A stretch of 64,000 bases of DNA, from contig OU015567.1 in NCBI GenBank assembly GCA_907165135.1, forward strand, positions 806,001-870,000, read 5' to 3'. The stretch's first letter is position 1, and each line of letters starts with the position of its first letter. The notes below the pieces were generated by a model. The model had not been told where the DNA came from. It saw only the letters and a program-made list of their open reading frames with translations, and searched no databases. The stretch comes from Oikopleura dioica. Its lineage: Eukaryota > Animalia > Chordata. Positions 1 through 13,627 of the stretch are shown here, in pieces. The position numbers and the translations under genes are program-made.

Positions 1-1902
1 GAGATGGGAAGGCGGGATGAAAATGGCGGAAGGATTGGGCGATACTTCAAGCGAATAAAAATACCAAGGGCTTTGAAGAAATTAACCCGTTGGCGCATAT
101 CGACTCAGAAGGTACCTAAATGGTTTATTATCGATGATATTACGGTGGTAGAGCTCCCCGTTTTTGGCATATGGGGGAGTTTCTTCTCAAGAGAAAATCC
201 TCCCCCATCCGGGGTTCTGTCCACTAGGCCAAATTGAAGGGGAAGTTTTTTCAAGAGAAAGAAACCCCCATCAGGGGTACCGTCAACTAGGATTAATTGA
301 CGGGGGGGGGGGAATACTTCACTAGAGAGAGATAGCCCCCCCTCCATCAGGGAGTTCCGTCCACAAGGACAAATGGGGGGGGGGTTCCCCTGTTCCTAGA
401 ATACTAAGCCATATGTTTTTTGAATCTTTGTTTTCGAAAGCAAGATCATTATTGTCTACTCTGAGTTTTTAAGCGACTCTCAAAACAAGCGAAAAAGACA
501 GGCAGATTTGTATCGTCTGACTTCTAACAAGGTTTTGGTGTCGAGTTCGGCCAGGAACTGACGTCTGATAATTGGCACTTGGACAGGTTGGCTGGTGTCG
601 GTTCACGTCCGCGACATTTGCAACTTACGGCACGTTAGCCGCGCAAAGTAATACTCACGTGGCAGCGCTGCTAGCCACATCCGCAAATTCACTGCGACCG
701 CTAGCACCTTTTCGAGCTTGACATAATCTCCTACTTTACAAGCCATGTTCCCTCTGTTTTGGAAATAAAGATGTACCTTACTTCAATTTCATTGCCTTTC
801 TCAACTAAAAAACCCCATGAAGAAACGAGAAAGTAAAAAATCAGAGTTGAACAAATCGATTTTTCCGATCGAAGAGATCCAACCGCAAGCTCCAAAAATT
901 ATAATATCCTCGGTTTACGAAAGCCTGTCATTTCTTTATTGTTTCAAGTTGAACACTCCGTCGCCTTTTAAAAATAGACAAATGCCAGGACGCTGGGTCC
1001 CGTGAAGAAATAAATCGCTTTCTTAATACCTTCCCTTGTTATGAAAACGGAAGAATCAATGCTAAGATTTGATTCTTTTCTCAAAAAAAAGAAGATTTTT
1101 TTTTCGTGAAAACTCATGATTTTGATTTTTTCAATAAAAAAAAGATTTCTTTTTCTTTTTTCGTGAAAACTCACGATTTTGGTTTTTTTTCAACGAACAT
1201 TTTTAGCCGCGAATTTTGGTTTTTAGCAAAATTTTTTTGTGAAAAAGAAACTGAAAATAAGTTTTACTCAGATTTGAGCGTTCTGTGAACAGAGCGTCTC
1301 GTGGAACAGTTGAAAGGGCAATCTCGTAGGAAGAGTCGCACCTGTGGATAAGCTAATAACCGCCGAAAAGTGAGGAATTCCACGAGGCTGTTTCGGCTTC
1401 CGGATAATAGTTTAACCCGGCTTTTCCTGCATAATAACAATTTTAAAGCGAATTGCTTATTCTTCAATATCAATCTCGAGTCAAAATAAAAACGATAAGG
1501 GAGCCAGGGTCACTGGAGTATAAGTTTCGTTCCTTTTTCTAAATTTATTTTCAGGCAACAGATTTATCTCAAACCCAGGCGCTGATACCTCGATGGAGAA
1601 GTTCCAATATGAAAGAAATATGGATTTCTAAAATAATCCGCATTTTAAGATATTCTTTCGTTTTTGAATAAATAATGACGCGGTCAAGTGTTATTCCTTT
1701 TGATGAGCTTGGTAATCCGGCAATGATAATTCAAAGAAGCCCATTATGGGGCTATTTATGGGCGTGGTGCCAGTTTATAAGATACTCAGCAGGGATGGAC
1801 GCTGCTGGAAAAGAGGATTTTAATATTTTTCGAATAGAAAGAATTCAAAATGGCGATTTCGAAGCTTCAAGGTCTGGTGAAATTATTGTCGATAGAAAAT
1901 AA

Positions 1903-2065
1903 ATGTCGCCGAATGTCTCCAAATCTCTCCTAATGTCACCAGATGTCTGCAAATGTCGGCAAATGTCTCCAAATGTCGGCAAATGTCACCAAATGTCGGC
2001 AAATAACACCAAATGTCGGCAAATGTCTCCAAATATCGGCAAATGTCTCCGAATGACGCCGAATG
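1903..2065 (+). repeat. 10-bp minisatellite array (AAATGTCRSC-like)
   Basis: About 16 degenerate tandem units; an inverted counterpart lies at ~2790-3012. Confidence 0.85.
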
Positions 2066-2743
2066 AAGGAAAATTATATATTTAAAAAAGATATCAATTT
2101 AAAAGTTTTTAATAATTATAGAAAGATCATTAAGAGTTGTCTTCGAATATGGGGCAACCATATTTAAATAAGCTGTTTTGATTATTCAAAACGCGATTTG
2201 AAGAACCCCCTCTTCTTTGAGGATATTTTCGAAGCACAAGAACCATCTCCTTGTGCCTTTGATGATCCACTGGAATAGATTAAGTCAGATGCAGCCAGCT
2301 GTCTGTCTCGCCACACGTGCGAAAACGGTATGAGGCCACCACAATCGCATTAAAAATGCTCACAAGGATTTATCCGTTGAATTCTTTATCCGCTAAAGCA
2401 GCTACTATGCCGTGGCTTTGGAATGAATATTTATCAATCGAAAAAGCCGATCAACAAAATAAAACTGCAAAATCTCGAGCTTTAAATTTTCTAATTCAAA
2501 ACTTCAAGAAATGAAATCGACAAGCCCAAATCAAGATCTCAAACAAAAGACGACTCCGGTGATCTTTAATCCCCTTGAATCGTGTAATCACTTGTCAAAG
2601 GTCAGCATTGACACAATCCAAATACGCTTGGAGCACCCCGACAGGACCCTTTCATCAAGTCAAATATTCGTAAGCCAAAGTTGGTTTTGGCGTTTCGCAG
2701 TTTTGATTTCTACCCAAGTTGGCGACAGATATTTTGGGGTGCC

Positions 2744-3022
2744 CTGGTAATGTCGCCAAATGTCGACATTTTTGTCATTTTTTAATTTGGTGACATTCCG
2801 CTATATTCAGCGACATTTGGAGACATTCGGCGACATTGAGCGACATTTCGCTACATTCGGCGACATTCGACGATATTAGGAGACATTCGGCGACATTAGG
2901 AGACATTAGGCGACATTCGGCGACATTTGGAGACATTCGGCGACATTCGGCGACATTAGGAGACATTCCGCGAAATTCGGCGACATTTGGAGACATTAGG
3001 AGACCTTCGGCGACAAAACCAG
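2744..3022. mobile_element. Probable MITE with internal 10-bp CGACATTCGG array
   Basis: Terminal inverted CTGGT..TGTCGCC / GGCGACA..ACCAG; no clear TSD. Confidence 0.55.
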
Positions 3023-4670
3023 TGTCGTCCGATATTTCATCTTCTTTTTAACTGTATATCTCCGCCCGAAAACATATGAGGAGGGACCTAATTTCGAAAT
3101 TCGCAGCCGACCGTTTCTCAAATTAACACCGCGCAAAAATGTGTACCACCTATGGATAACACACCGCGCGCTCGGGTTAATGAAATTTTCTCACAAGCTG
3201 CTCTCCTCGATTGCCGGGTTGCCATTCGCCCGGTCGAGGAAAACTATTCTGATGGCATGTTAGGTTATTTAAATTAATTTGTTTCTTTCTTTCTATTGCG
3301 CGAAATGGAGGCGTTGTTTTTTGATTGAGTTCGTTTTAGAAATTTGACTCTAACTTTTCATCCGCCAAAATGGAGAAGCCGCTCGCGGCTTCGAGATATA
3401 AAAAATTTTGAGCCGCGCGAGCGGCTTCTCGATCTTAATTAACTTAATATTCTAGAATATGTACCGTATTCAAGAGCTCTAGAAATCAAGAACACACTTG
3501 ATAAGCGCATTCAGTGCTACTGGTGTAAGAATGTGTCGTCACCGAGGCGTGAACTCGACGCGGAGAGGAAGAAAGAAGGTGCAAAGCTCAGGCTGCTTTG
3601 ATCTCGGAGCTCGGAAAAATCCGGACAAAGTGAAGAGCATGCGGATACCGCAAAGAAGCCCGCGCTTTCGAACACTTGAGCTGGATAACTAAAGCAATTA
3701 GCGCGCCTTCGTCTTCCAAGTAAATCATTATGTTCTTTTTAGACAACTTGCTTGTTCTTTCTCCCCATGAAAGTCAAATTTGTTCGCCGGAAGTTCGAAA
3801 GTTACGATTTTGACAGTTTCTCAATTTCCGACCCCTTATTTATCTAAAGTCAATTAGCAATTTGACAAGTTTGGAGTACCCGGGCGGCAGCTGGGCCTGT
3901 TATTCATACGTACGAATCAACGGGAAATTCAGTTTTGTTAAACATCTTGTCGAACTCAAATAAGCGCATATGGCGTCGTTTATTTTCAGAAAAATTTCAT
4001 TTCAACACTCATTCTTGCCTTACTCAAAAATCGAGAAGCCGCTTGCGGCTTCGAGCAAAAGAGTGATAAAGCCGCGCAAAGCGCGGCTTTCTTTTTCGTT
4101 CACTCGAAGCCGCAAGCGGCTTCTCGATTCTAGCATGCACTGTAAGACCCTCTTCTTTTGAGGATTCTAGGGATTTTGCTTCATCAAAATCTTCAAAAAT
4201 TGAAAGGCAGAGCTTTTAGAAAGATGATATCCCTAAGAAAGGAAAAGATGAAAAAGCTCCTATTTGAAGGCTGGATTCCTCAAATCCCCGGTAGATTTGG
4301 CGTCGCGCTTTCTTCTTCCCGTAGAATTTCCTTGCCCCGGATCGAAAATCGCGAATCGGATCTGGACCGCCCTTGCCTCAAATTCTCCCCACGTGGCGTC
4401 TTTTGCGGCTTTCTACCAAAAAGAAAGTCTGAAAATGAATCCAAATTATCTTGTATGAAAAATACGCTGAGCAGCAAATTATGGTTCGCATCGAAGTTAT
4501 GGAATTTCGGATGCTGGTACACAACCACGTGGGCAATGATGCGGCCGCGTTCACATCCGGTCATTACTTCCTTTTTGGTATTTAGCAAAAATGGACGAGA
4601 AGGGGGGATTGCATAAGAGCACACAGCTTCTTAATTAGCCGGCTTTAGACGCGCCTCACTGTTTTTTTCG

Positions 4671-4820
4671 GGGAAGTTTCTGGGACGAACAAAAAAAAAT
4701 TCGACAAATTTTGCGTGGAAATTTTCAACCAATCAAAAGCATTGACTCGGCAAACCGGCGAATCAGCAGCCGAGTAGCCGCCCACGCAAAATTTGTCGAT
4801 TTTTTTTTGTCGCCAATCCC
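4671..4820. mobile_element. Degenerate MULE-like MITE (CCAATCA-core family)
   Basis: Similar to 53467-53623; GGGA...TCCC ends with near-matching 9-bp flanks. Confidence 0.7.
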
Positions 4821-6984
4821 TTTTTTCAGAAGAAGTTTTTTCTCCCAAAAAGTCACCCTTCTGCGTTTGCATCTGTCGGCAGGAGAGACAAACGTATATT
4901 CACGTTGTTCATGCTACGGGCAAGTGAGGGAGCTTAGACGTGTAGATAGAGTACTTGAGCTGTTTGTAGTAAAGTGAGCTAATCTTGGGGATCCCTGATA
5001 ACAACCTAGCTCAAACCTCGTCCCAACACATCTTGATGAAATTTCGCACGCAACCACGTGGTCAAAAAGTACTGTATTTATTTCTTATTTCTGATCATGA
5101 CTCATAAGTAACATTCAAGAGAATCATCGGTAAACAGATTTATTTTGACTTCGGTTTCGGCTTTCTGCTTTCTTAAAATAAAAAATATAAAATAAAATCT
5201 GAACCATTAAAACTCACCATCATCATTTTTATCATTTTGAAGCCAATAAAATAGAAATTGAGGAGTAAGGCGAACAGGACAACGCAAAAAAGAAGCGTCA
5301 ATATCCGATCATCTTCTTTTTCGATGTTAGGTTTTCTCTCCAAGACTTTTAGTGATACCATCTTTTTTACCAAAGAAATTATTGTCTTCGTATATTTTTT
5401 TGTATATTTTTGTGGCTCAAAGTTGAATGATAAAGTGAGCGGAAGGACGACTACAATTTTCAACTTATGGTATAAAATTTATGATAATAATTGTGCAAAA
5501 GTTCTCTTGAAGACGATAAAAATAATAGAATAATTGTATTGATGTGGTTTCTTGTTATTGCGGAATAGTCCCAGCTCGGCTCGTTCGTTTCGGAAATCAT
5601 TTTTTGAGCTTTTATTGATACAGTTAATTATGGAATTTTTGGACATTTTTTATCCCATGATTTTCTCAAAAATGTCCAAAAATTTGATACACGCTCCCAA
5701 AAAAAATGTCCCAACCAAATCGCTTAAAAAAATTTTTTTTTTTGAGGAAAAACTCGATCATCCTCTTTTTCCTCCTTCTTCCAAAGACAAAAATATTCTT
5801 GGGGAAAGAGAAAAACCTTTAATTTTATCTTTCTGAAAGAAAAAGTTTAATAAAAAGAAAATTTTTAATAAAAATAAATGTCAAATCTTATTCAATAACT
5901 GTTTTTTCATTGTAGAATAAAAATTTTGGCGCAGAAAATGTCCAAAAATTTGATACAAGCGTTTTTAAAAAGTGACCCAAGAAAACCCCTTAAAATTGAA
6001 AAAATGTCCAAAAATTTGATGTCCAAAAATTCCATAATAAACTGTAGTAAACTTGTTATTATTTTGACGATTTCAACGAAGAAGAAAAGTTTGAAAGCAT
6101 ATTTTTATGAAAGAACACTGATGATAATTTCTAACTTGCGATCACGAAGATAAATCTTGTTCGTTGTACTGATATTTATTTACAGAAAACCAATCAGGCG
6201 ACAAATTTTCGGTTGTGATGATTTCGTAGTGTTGTTCTCTGAAAAATATACATTTAAATTCTGACTCGCGTTCTTCAATTTACCATTATTTTCAAGCAAA
6301 CGGAGTAGAGACAAAGAAAAACTGTCAAAAGAATGACAAAAATTTGCTGAATCGAAATTTGATCTTGTTCTTTCAGTTCATTTTTCTTTTGAATTGCCTT
6401 TTGAACTTTTTTGATCAGTGCGGATTTTGATTTTTCTTACTGTTTTCTCTCGAGTCATTTTCGTTGGACCAGTGCATGCTGAGAAAATCATCGCTGTATT
6501 GAAAATTTGCTTCATCATTTATCGGCAATTCCTTGATTTCTTCAAACGCGATCATCTTGACCAGAGTTCCGAATCACTTCACTTTAACATTGAAGTGAAG
6601 TTACTTTGAAAAATAACTTCATTGCCTTATTGAAGTGAAGTGAAGTGATTATATTTTTGAGGAAAATGAAGTGAAGTGAAGTGAAGTTAAAAATATAACT
6701 TCATTTGAAATTGAAGTGAAGTGAAGTTATTTTTCAATATCAAAATTTTGAAGTGAGGTGAAGACCGTCATTTTGAAAGAAACTCAGACATTTATGGGAA
6801 GTTTTGCTTGATAATGAGCGATTCTAGATTTTTTATTCATCAAAAATAACTTCAAAGTGAATTGAAGTTACTTTTTCATTGACTTAAAGTGAAGTAAAGT
6901 GAAGTTATTCGCGACTTCGAATTTTTGAAGTGAAGTATAGTGAAGTTAAAAATATCACTTCAGAGAATTTTGAAGTGAAGTGTA

Positions 6985-7259
6985 TAATGGGACTAGTATT
7001 CTGCGACTAAAGATTAAAGACTAAAGTTTATCTCTCTAGCTGCTCTCTAGAATCTCTAAGCTTGTCTTTATTCAAATCTCTAGTTGCAATTTCGGGGTGA
7101 TTTCAGGAGACGAGGTTTTAGGCGAATGTGTCGTTTTATTTCAGATTCAGAAGAGGTGAGCGTTGAGCTCTGGAGATAAGAGGAAACAGAGAGTAACACT
7201 TTTCAAGGCTTGAGCAGTTATGTTTGAAAGTATCTACTCGCTAGAGTATAGTCCCTATA
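6985..7259 (-). repeat. 3' LTR (275 bp)
   Basis: Direct repeat of 15272-15547, immediately preceded by the PPT. Confidence 0.96.
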
Positions 7260-7271
7260 TTTCTCCTCCCT
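7260..7271 (-). promoter_or_regulatory. Polypurine tract (AGGGAGGAGAAA)
   Basis: All-purine run abutting the 3' LTR on the minus strand. Confidence 0.9.
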
Positions 7272-7596
7272 AGAATTTTGGAAGATTGGATTAGGTCACA
7301 AGTTCAGAAGCTTAATCAAGCTTGTTGGAGAAACATTCTCTCTTTTTGGTCTTTTCAATACTTTCAACCGGAAGCGCCGGTTAGACTCTTTTTGAACGCT
7401 GAACTTGGACGCATTGCCTCCTTTCCAATGAATAAAATTTTTAGTACTTAAACGGGGGTTAGGGAATTACACAGGGAAATTATACAGGGAATTATAGGGA
7501 AACATTTTTTGTTTTTTCGCAAGTTTTTAGGCAAATTAAAAGAGAAAATTTAAACTGAAGCGCAGTTTAACAAATTTTCAAAGGTGTGAAGTTTTC

Positions 7597-9793
7597 TTAC
7601 AGCGCGCTGTCCAATCGCGGCATGTGGTGCATTGATACCGCGCGCGACGAGCCCTGCCGGACAATGCGCACTTCTTCTGTCGCTCGATTTTTTCGTCGAT
7701 TTCGCATGTAGAGAAAAACAGCACCGGCAATAACCATGAGAAGTGCTAGAGAACTGAAAGAAATTGGCAAGTGTTTACCGACTATTATGTCTTGGACTGC
7801 GAGCTTTTCCATCGCTTTGCTGTCATTTGCCAGGTCAGTCAAATTGAGATTTTTGAATTCTTCCATCTTAACATTATCCAACAGTGTCTTTTTATCGATA
7901 ACGTTTGATCTGAGATTAAACCCTATTTTAGGTAATGTTACGAGTTCTTCTGGTTGATCGAGATTGGTTATTGCTGGTGAATAATGGGTTGATGTGCCGC
8001 AAATCAATTGCATCGATTCTTGTGTGCGTTTCAAGGTGGTTACATTTTTACTGTTCTCTCCTTGGTTCTCAAGCAACTGGATGGGTATTCGAACTTTGTT
8101 ATTTTTAATTTGGCGGACTGGAGAAAAGTGTGATATTACCACGTAATTTTTGTAGGTATTATACAAGCATGGTTGGTTACTTTTGAGTGCTTCAGTGTGG
8201 CATGCTGTCGTTTCACCGTGGATAATACCTGATGCACACAAGCTCGACGGAAGAAGAATGCTGTTTGCGCAAAAGATTGACTTGGAAAACTCAGATATTT
8301 CGTCACATTGTTCTAAGTCTAGTACTGTGTTATTCAAGATGGCAATAGCTTGTGGGTGCTTGACGTTAAGATAAAAGTATGTTCTTGTCTCTTTGTTTTG
8401 TGAAATTGGAATTGGTGCGGACATAACGCGTAATGTTCTGTCAAATTTGGCGAAAACAGGTGCCTTGTATTCAAAATGTATCCGAATGCGTGGATATTCT
8501 CCTGGTCTTAAAACAGCTGACACACCACGGTATTCTCTGTGCTTTCGGTAATAGTCTACGCAAGGTGCTTCCATATCTTTGTTAGCCATGGAACAGTGTT
8601 TTATGATAATGGAACTTACTTTTCCTGTTGGGAAAACGCTGAAGGACGACGCAATTATTGCCCTTATTTTTACCTGAAACTCCAGAAATGCGGTTTTTAT
8701 TTCTTGTTCTAAGTGTTCTTCAAGCAGCGCGAAGTTGGTGCGGCAGTTTTTATTATACAACTCGTTCAGATCGCTGGTTTCCGTAGCTAGAGCAACATCG
8801 ATTTTTGAAAACTTTTTCAAAATATCGCCGTAAGTTTTAGCGGATACAAGATCTGTTTCTTTTATTCTTGCTGCTTCTGCATCAAACCTCGCGACCGAAT
8901 CAGATGAATGGAACAACGAGCTGGTTTCTGCTCCTATCACGCCACTGAGGAGTGCTGTTACTCCGAGAAGCATCGCTTGGCGTCTTTTCCTTTCGTTGTT
9001 GAATATTGGGCATATTTGCGCGATTTCTAGCTTGGTACAGTCTTCATTGATTTTCACACTTTTACCGTCGACCATACTGGTTTTAATCTTCAAACTTTTG
9101 AAACTTACGGTGAAAGTGAAAAAGTGTTTTTTATTTTCAGTGCTGTCGGTAAGTGAATTTTCGATTTTTGCACTCATTGCTCTAAACTTGGAGCTTAATA
9201 TATCGACTTCATTTACCTCGACTGGTTTACCATCGAAAAGTGCTTTTGTCCAAATAAACTCATTTTTCAAAAATAAATTACCGAGAATGAGAACTTGATT
9301 CGGCATTGAAGACATTTCAAGTGTATATGACAATTGGTTCCATCCCCTCTAAGTTGACAAAAGCGTTGGGATGATTGGTAATTATCATTTATAACTTTTT
9401 GTTGATAAAGAATGTTAGTTTTGGTTTTAGTTTGTGATCCTGCAGTTATATATACTTTTGTAGGTTCGATTTTTCGACATCTGGGGAAAAGAAAAATCGC
9501 CCGTTTCGAATTTGAAAGTCATTAATTGGTTGATATTGAATTCCTAACCAATCCGCGACCATCCAGTTCAACTGGTCGACTTCGTGTTCAGTAATATTAA
9601 TCGTGGTATTGTAACAGTTGGGGAAGTCGAATTTTTCTGTGATTGGCGCTGGGCTCACGGATAGTGCGATTTCCTTGGTGTCCTCTCCATTAATGTAGTA
9701 AGCTGTTTTTGTGTGATTAGTAATAAACACATTTGAAAAAGCGATCGTGTTAGTAATAATTGTGAAACAAATTGCAACTTTACTTATTCGCAT
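7597..9793 (-). CDS. env: Env, class I fusion-type glycoprotein (~730 aa after repairing two frameshifts)
   Basis: Signal peptide MRISKVAICFTIITNTIA; furin site RKRR (8980-8991) followed by hydrophobic QAMLLGVTALLSGVIGA; heptad region; Cys-rich ectodomain; TM FSSLALLMVIAGAVFLYM followed by RNRRKNR. Confidence 0.88.
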
Positions 9794-12700
9794 TTTTGCT
9801 TCGTAAATTGTAGCTGTGTGTTTCGTCTTCTGTCAGCGACTCGCCAGCCAGTTCAAGTGGCGATTTTGCAATTTCCTTTGGCTGAAATAAAGGGTTTAAC
9901 AGATAGTCATTTTCAATAAAAAGGTTGTCACTATTTAACAGTTTTTCATCATTTTTTGAAAGAAAGATTTTGAGTAAATGCCTCTGATTTCTAGTAGTTC
10001 GCCAACCCGTTAGTATGTGTTCTAGTTCGAAGCTCCCAAATAAGCCAACTCGAACTACTCTGAAAGGGCCTAAGTTTTTTCGCCTATGACCTAAGTTTAC
10101 CGAAGTACTTTTTGCAACACACAAATCGCCTTCCTTTAGGTCAACACCTGAGGGCTCTGACAAAACAGGGTAATCTTGAACCTTTTTGAACCCGAGGCTC
10201 AGGTGGATATCGTTCATGATACTCATATGACGATCAATCCTACTATCAATCTTTTCAAGAGGACTTAGCGCTAAATCGTCGAATAAGAGGGGTGGGGGAA
10301 TTCCGAGGAGACATTCATTAGGGCTTAACCCGTCTAGCGCTTTTTCGGGCGATTATTCATGAGGGCTACAGCCATTCGGACCGTAAAGTTAACCTCATCA
10401 AATGTAAATGTCTGAGTCCGAAGAAGTCCACGCAAGTCGCGGTGACTTCGTTCCGCCCGATTCCCCGACGAATTATAGCATGAAGTTTTTGAGTGAGAAA
10501 TATTGAGTTTTTGATAAACTTCTTTTATACATCTGTTAACGAATTCTGATCCGTTATCGGAGGTGAGTTGGCCCCACGAGCAAATGCTGTGTTCACTACA
10601 GAAAATCATTAAGGCTTGCACCATGTGCTCCACTGCCTTATTTTTGATGCGTTCTACGTGAACTTTCAAGCTGAAATGATCTGTTGCTGTTAAGAAGACA
10701 GCAGTTCGATCGTCTACTTTCACCTCAATGCAATCGATTCCGACGTGTTTATAGGGAGCTAGACTCGGAATGATTCTTTTGTACTCACTCGGTTTAGGGC
10801 GTATGAATTTTTCCGGACATCGTATTAGGCAGAGGAGGCAACTCCGCACTGATTTTACGATTAAATTGTTCCTGTTATAAATCCATAGGGGTTCTCTTTT
10901 AGTCGGTCTTCAAGAACCTGACGCCCTGCATGTCCCGTTACAACATGGTAATAATTTACCAAATCCTCGGCACTCTTTTTCGGGACGACTACCAGATCTC
11001 TCATTCGATCTTTTGTCTTTCGATACAAGAGATTATTTCTTACTGTATATTCAGGAAATTTCCGAGGGGATTTTCGGACATTATTTTTTAGTGTCGACAC
11101 AATCGGATCACTGTCTTGGTCTTTTTCAATGACCGACCGATCAACGGTTGTTCGAGCTTGCTTTATTTCCAAAGCGTTCATTTCTGATGAAAAGTTAGCC
11201 TTAGGGTTGTAGTACTCTTTTGGCAGAGTTTCCACATCAAGGACTTCTGGTCTGCTCAAAGCGTCTACAATTTTTATGAGCTCATGTTGATTTGACAAGT
11301 AAAATATTCTTGCATTCGGAAATTCAAGGAGAACCGAATAGGCAAGTTTTGTCCTCGTATGCCTGTATTTGTCTGCCTCGGGCATTTCCTTCATTGTTGA
11401 CAGACTCTTATGGTCAACAAAAAGACAGATTGGTCTGTCTTTCGGAATCAAGTCAGAAAATGCCTTAATCGAACTTGTGAGTCCGATTAGCTCCCTGCAA
11501 CGGGCGCTGAGTAATTTTTCAACTTTGTCCAGAGGCCTACTAGTGTAAGCCGCAATTGTGACGTTTGAGACCACATTATCCTTGTAGTGGCAGTTTCCGA
11601 TTATGCCACCAGTAGCGACACCCGAAGTGTCTGCTGCGACAAATATAAAGCGATGATCCGACCCATCATAGAACTTTAAGTGACTCAGTTTGAGATGGCC
11701 ATTCTCGAGTTGAGTCCTAATTCTGTCCAAGCCCATTTTAATCTCGTTGTTGAGACTGTATTTACGGCCCTTTGCAATTTCCGCTTTAAGAGGTCCAAGG
11801 TTGACTGATAGGTCTCTTAAGGAGCGAGAATAGAAATTAAGCCTTCCAAGCCACTTCTGCGCAGATTTTAGTGACTCAGGGTACTGAAAATTATCAATGA
11901 GGGCTTTGAGCTTGTCCGGATCAGGCATCACCGATTTCTCAGTCACTACGTAGCCTAAAAACTTGACCGATTTCTCGTTAAAAGCACATTTACTCAACCC
12001 AACTACAACACCATTTTTCTCAAGCCGCTCTAAGACTTCCCCAAGTACCTCAGGTAAGAACTTTTCAGGGTATATCAGCATAAAATCGTCCATGTATGGA
12101 ACAATCTCATAGATTTTCCCATTGTTTGGCAGATTCTTTAAAATGGCGTTTATGAAAAAGCAGAAGATTCCTGGCTCACTGAAAGACCCATACTGAGTCT
12201 TTTGTACCGAACTTGATCGGCGTTAAAGCTAAACGCTGTGATATCCCGATCTTTTGAATGTATTCGCAAACAGAAGAAAGCATTTTTGAGGTCAATTGTT
12301 GAAAACCTTATTCTTTCATCTGGGAATTCTTCTCTAAACCTCGAAATAGCCTGGCTGATTTGGGACATGAGTGTTCTGATTGTTGCTAGCGGGAATTTCA
12401 CAGGAAGTAAGCTGCTATTCACGGAATTTTCACCCTTACTGGAAAAGTTATTAACTAGTCTTAATTGTCCCGAAGGCTTTTTAAGAAAAATCGCTGGTGA
12501 ATTCCACGCGCTCATGCATGATTCAACGATCAGATTATTTTTCATGTTTTCGATCAGCTCGCTACTTTCTCGGATCATAGATTGATCAATCTTGTACTGG
12601 TTTGAGTACGAAGGCTGGGAACCTTCCTTTGTATCTAGAGTGACGGTAAAATAGCTGTTGAGTCCTGCGTCGTTTGCGGACCGTGCGTAGATCCAACTGT

Positions 12701-13600
12701 GCTTTTCTAGTTTTTCGAGAGATCTTGGTTTCAGCCAATCTGGCACGTTTTTCAGAGCGTTCTGTATCTCACTGTGCACCGAAACTTTCTCGACAAGGCA
12801 GTTTCTCATTTCCCTCCAAGCTTCCGTTTCCGCTAGTGCGATATCTTTTTCCATTTCTGAAAGCTGGTCGTTTTTTATCAGGGAATTAAGAAAAGCAATA
12901 GCCTCATTTTCTGTATTTGCCTCAATAACAACCGCTAAAGTAACTCCTTCCATAAGAAAAATATTTTCAGAAGATTTGTTTGTTAAGCGAATTCGGCGCC
13001 AATTCGTCTTAAACTCTTCTTCAATTTCCAGACCGTACTGGCCTAACTTCTGTGGGACACTTAATTTTACCGTGCCCTCTACCATTTCCGAAGTTATATT
13101 TTTGCCTCGCAGGGTACCCACATCGAACTTAGTGGTTCGATAAATGTAGCTTCTTTCAGCAAAAGTGTAAAACTTTTGCAAATTTCAGGATCACTGTCCA
13201 CCTCCACTTCAAGTGGAAAATCCTCGGCCGGTAAAACATTAAGAAATTTTGGGTCTCCATCAAAATTGATTTTATGATCTTTTAAGAATTGGAATCCTAA
13301 TATACAGTCATAACTCATGTGTGGAATCACGTCAAATGTACAATTGATATACTCCTTTTTCTTAATTTTGATGTTACAGATTAATTCTTCCGTGACTTTG
13401 GTAAGATTAGATTGAATAGCATTGTTAACTGAATATGATTTTAGTTTTTCTTGAGCTGGGAAATGTGCATTTAAAACAGATTTGTTAATAAAATTATTTG
13501 TAGCACCACTGTCTAGGAGACAGTTATTCAGTGTCATAGAAAAGATTTTATCATTGTGAAGGTCATAATTGATTAGTTGAATGGTTATTATAGGCAACAT
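9780..13600 (-). CDS. pol: Pol polyprotein (PR-RT-RNaseH-IN), split by four single-base frameshifts
   Basis: PR LLDSGA (13505-13513); RT TIDLKNAFF and YMDD (12085-12096); RH AADTSG...VDHKSL; IN H-X4-H...CLLC, GIDCIEV, SDNGSEF, AERSHRDL; C-terminal GPF motif. Confidence 0.95.
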
Positions 13601-13627
13601 TTGTTAGTTATTGACTGTCTAGATTTC

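Noticed and set aside
420-1000. Possible minus-strand exons with Cys-containing segments
   Set aside because: Splice-like sites exist but no consistent frame or recognisable domain could be built
1903-3012. Regular arrays as CRISPR-like repeats
   Set aside because: No unique spacers, no cas genes, eukaryotic context
2775-3051. Repetitive ORFs (MSPNVAECR..., SATFGDIRRH...)
   Set aside because: Translations of a 10-bp minisatellite, open on both strands
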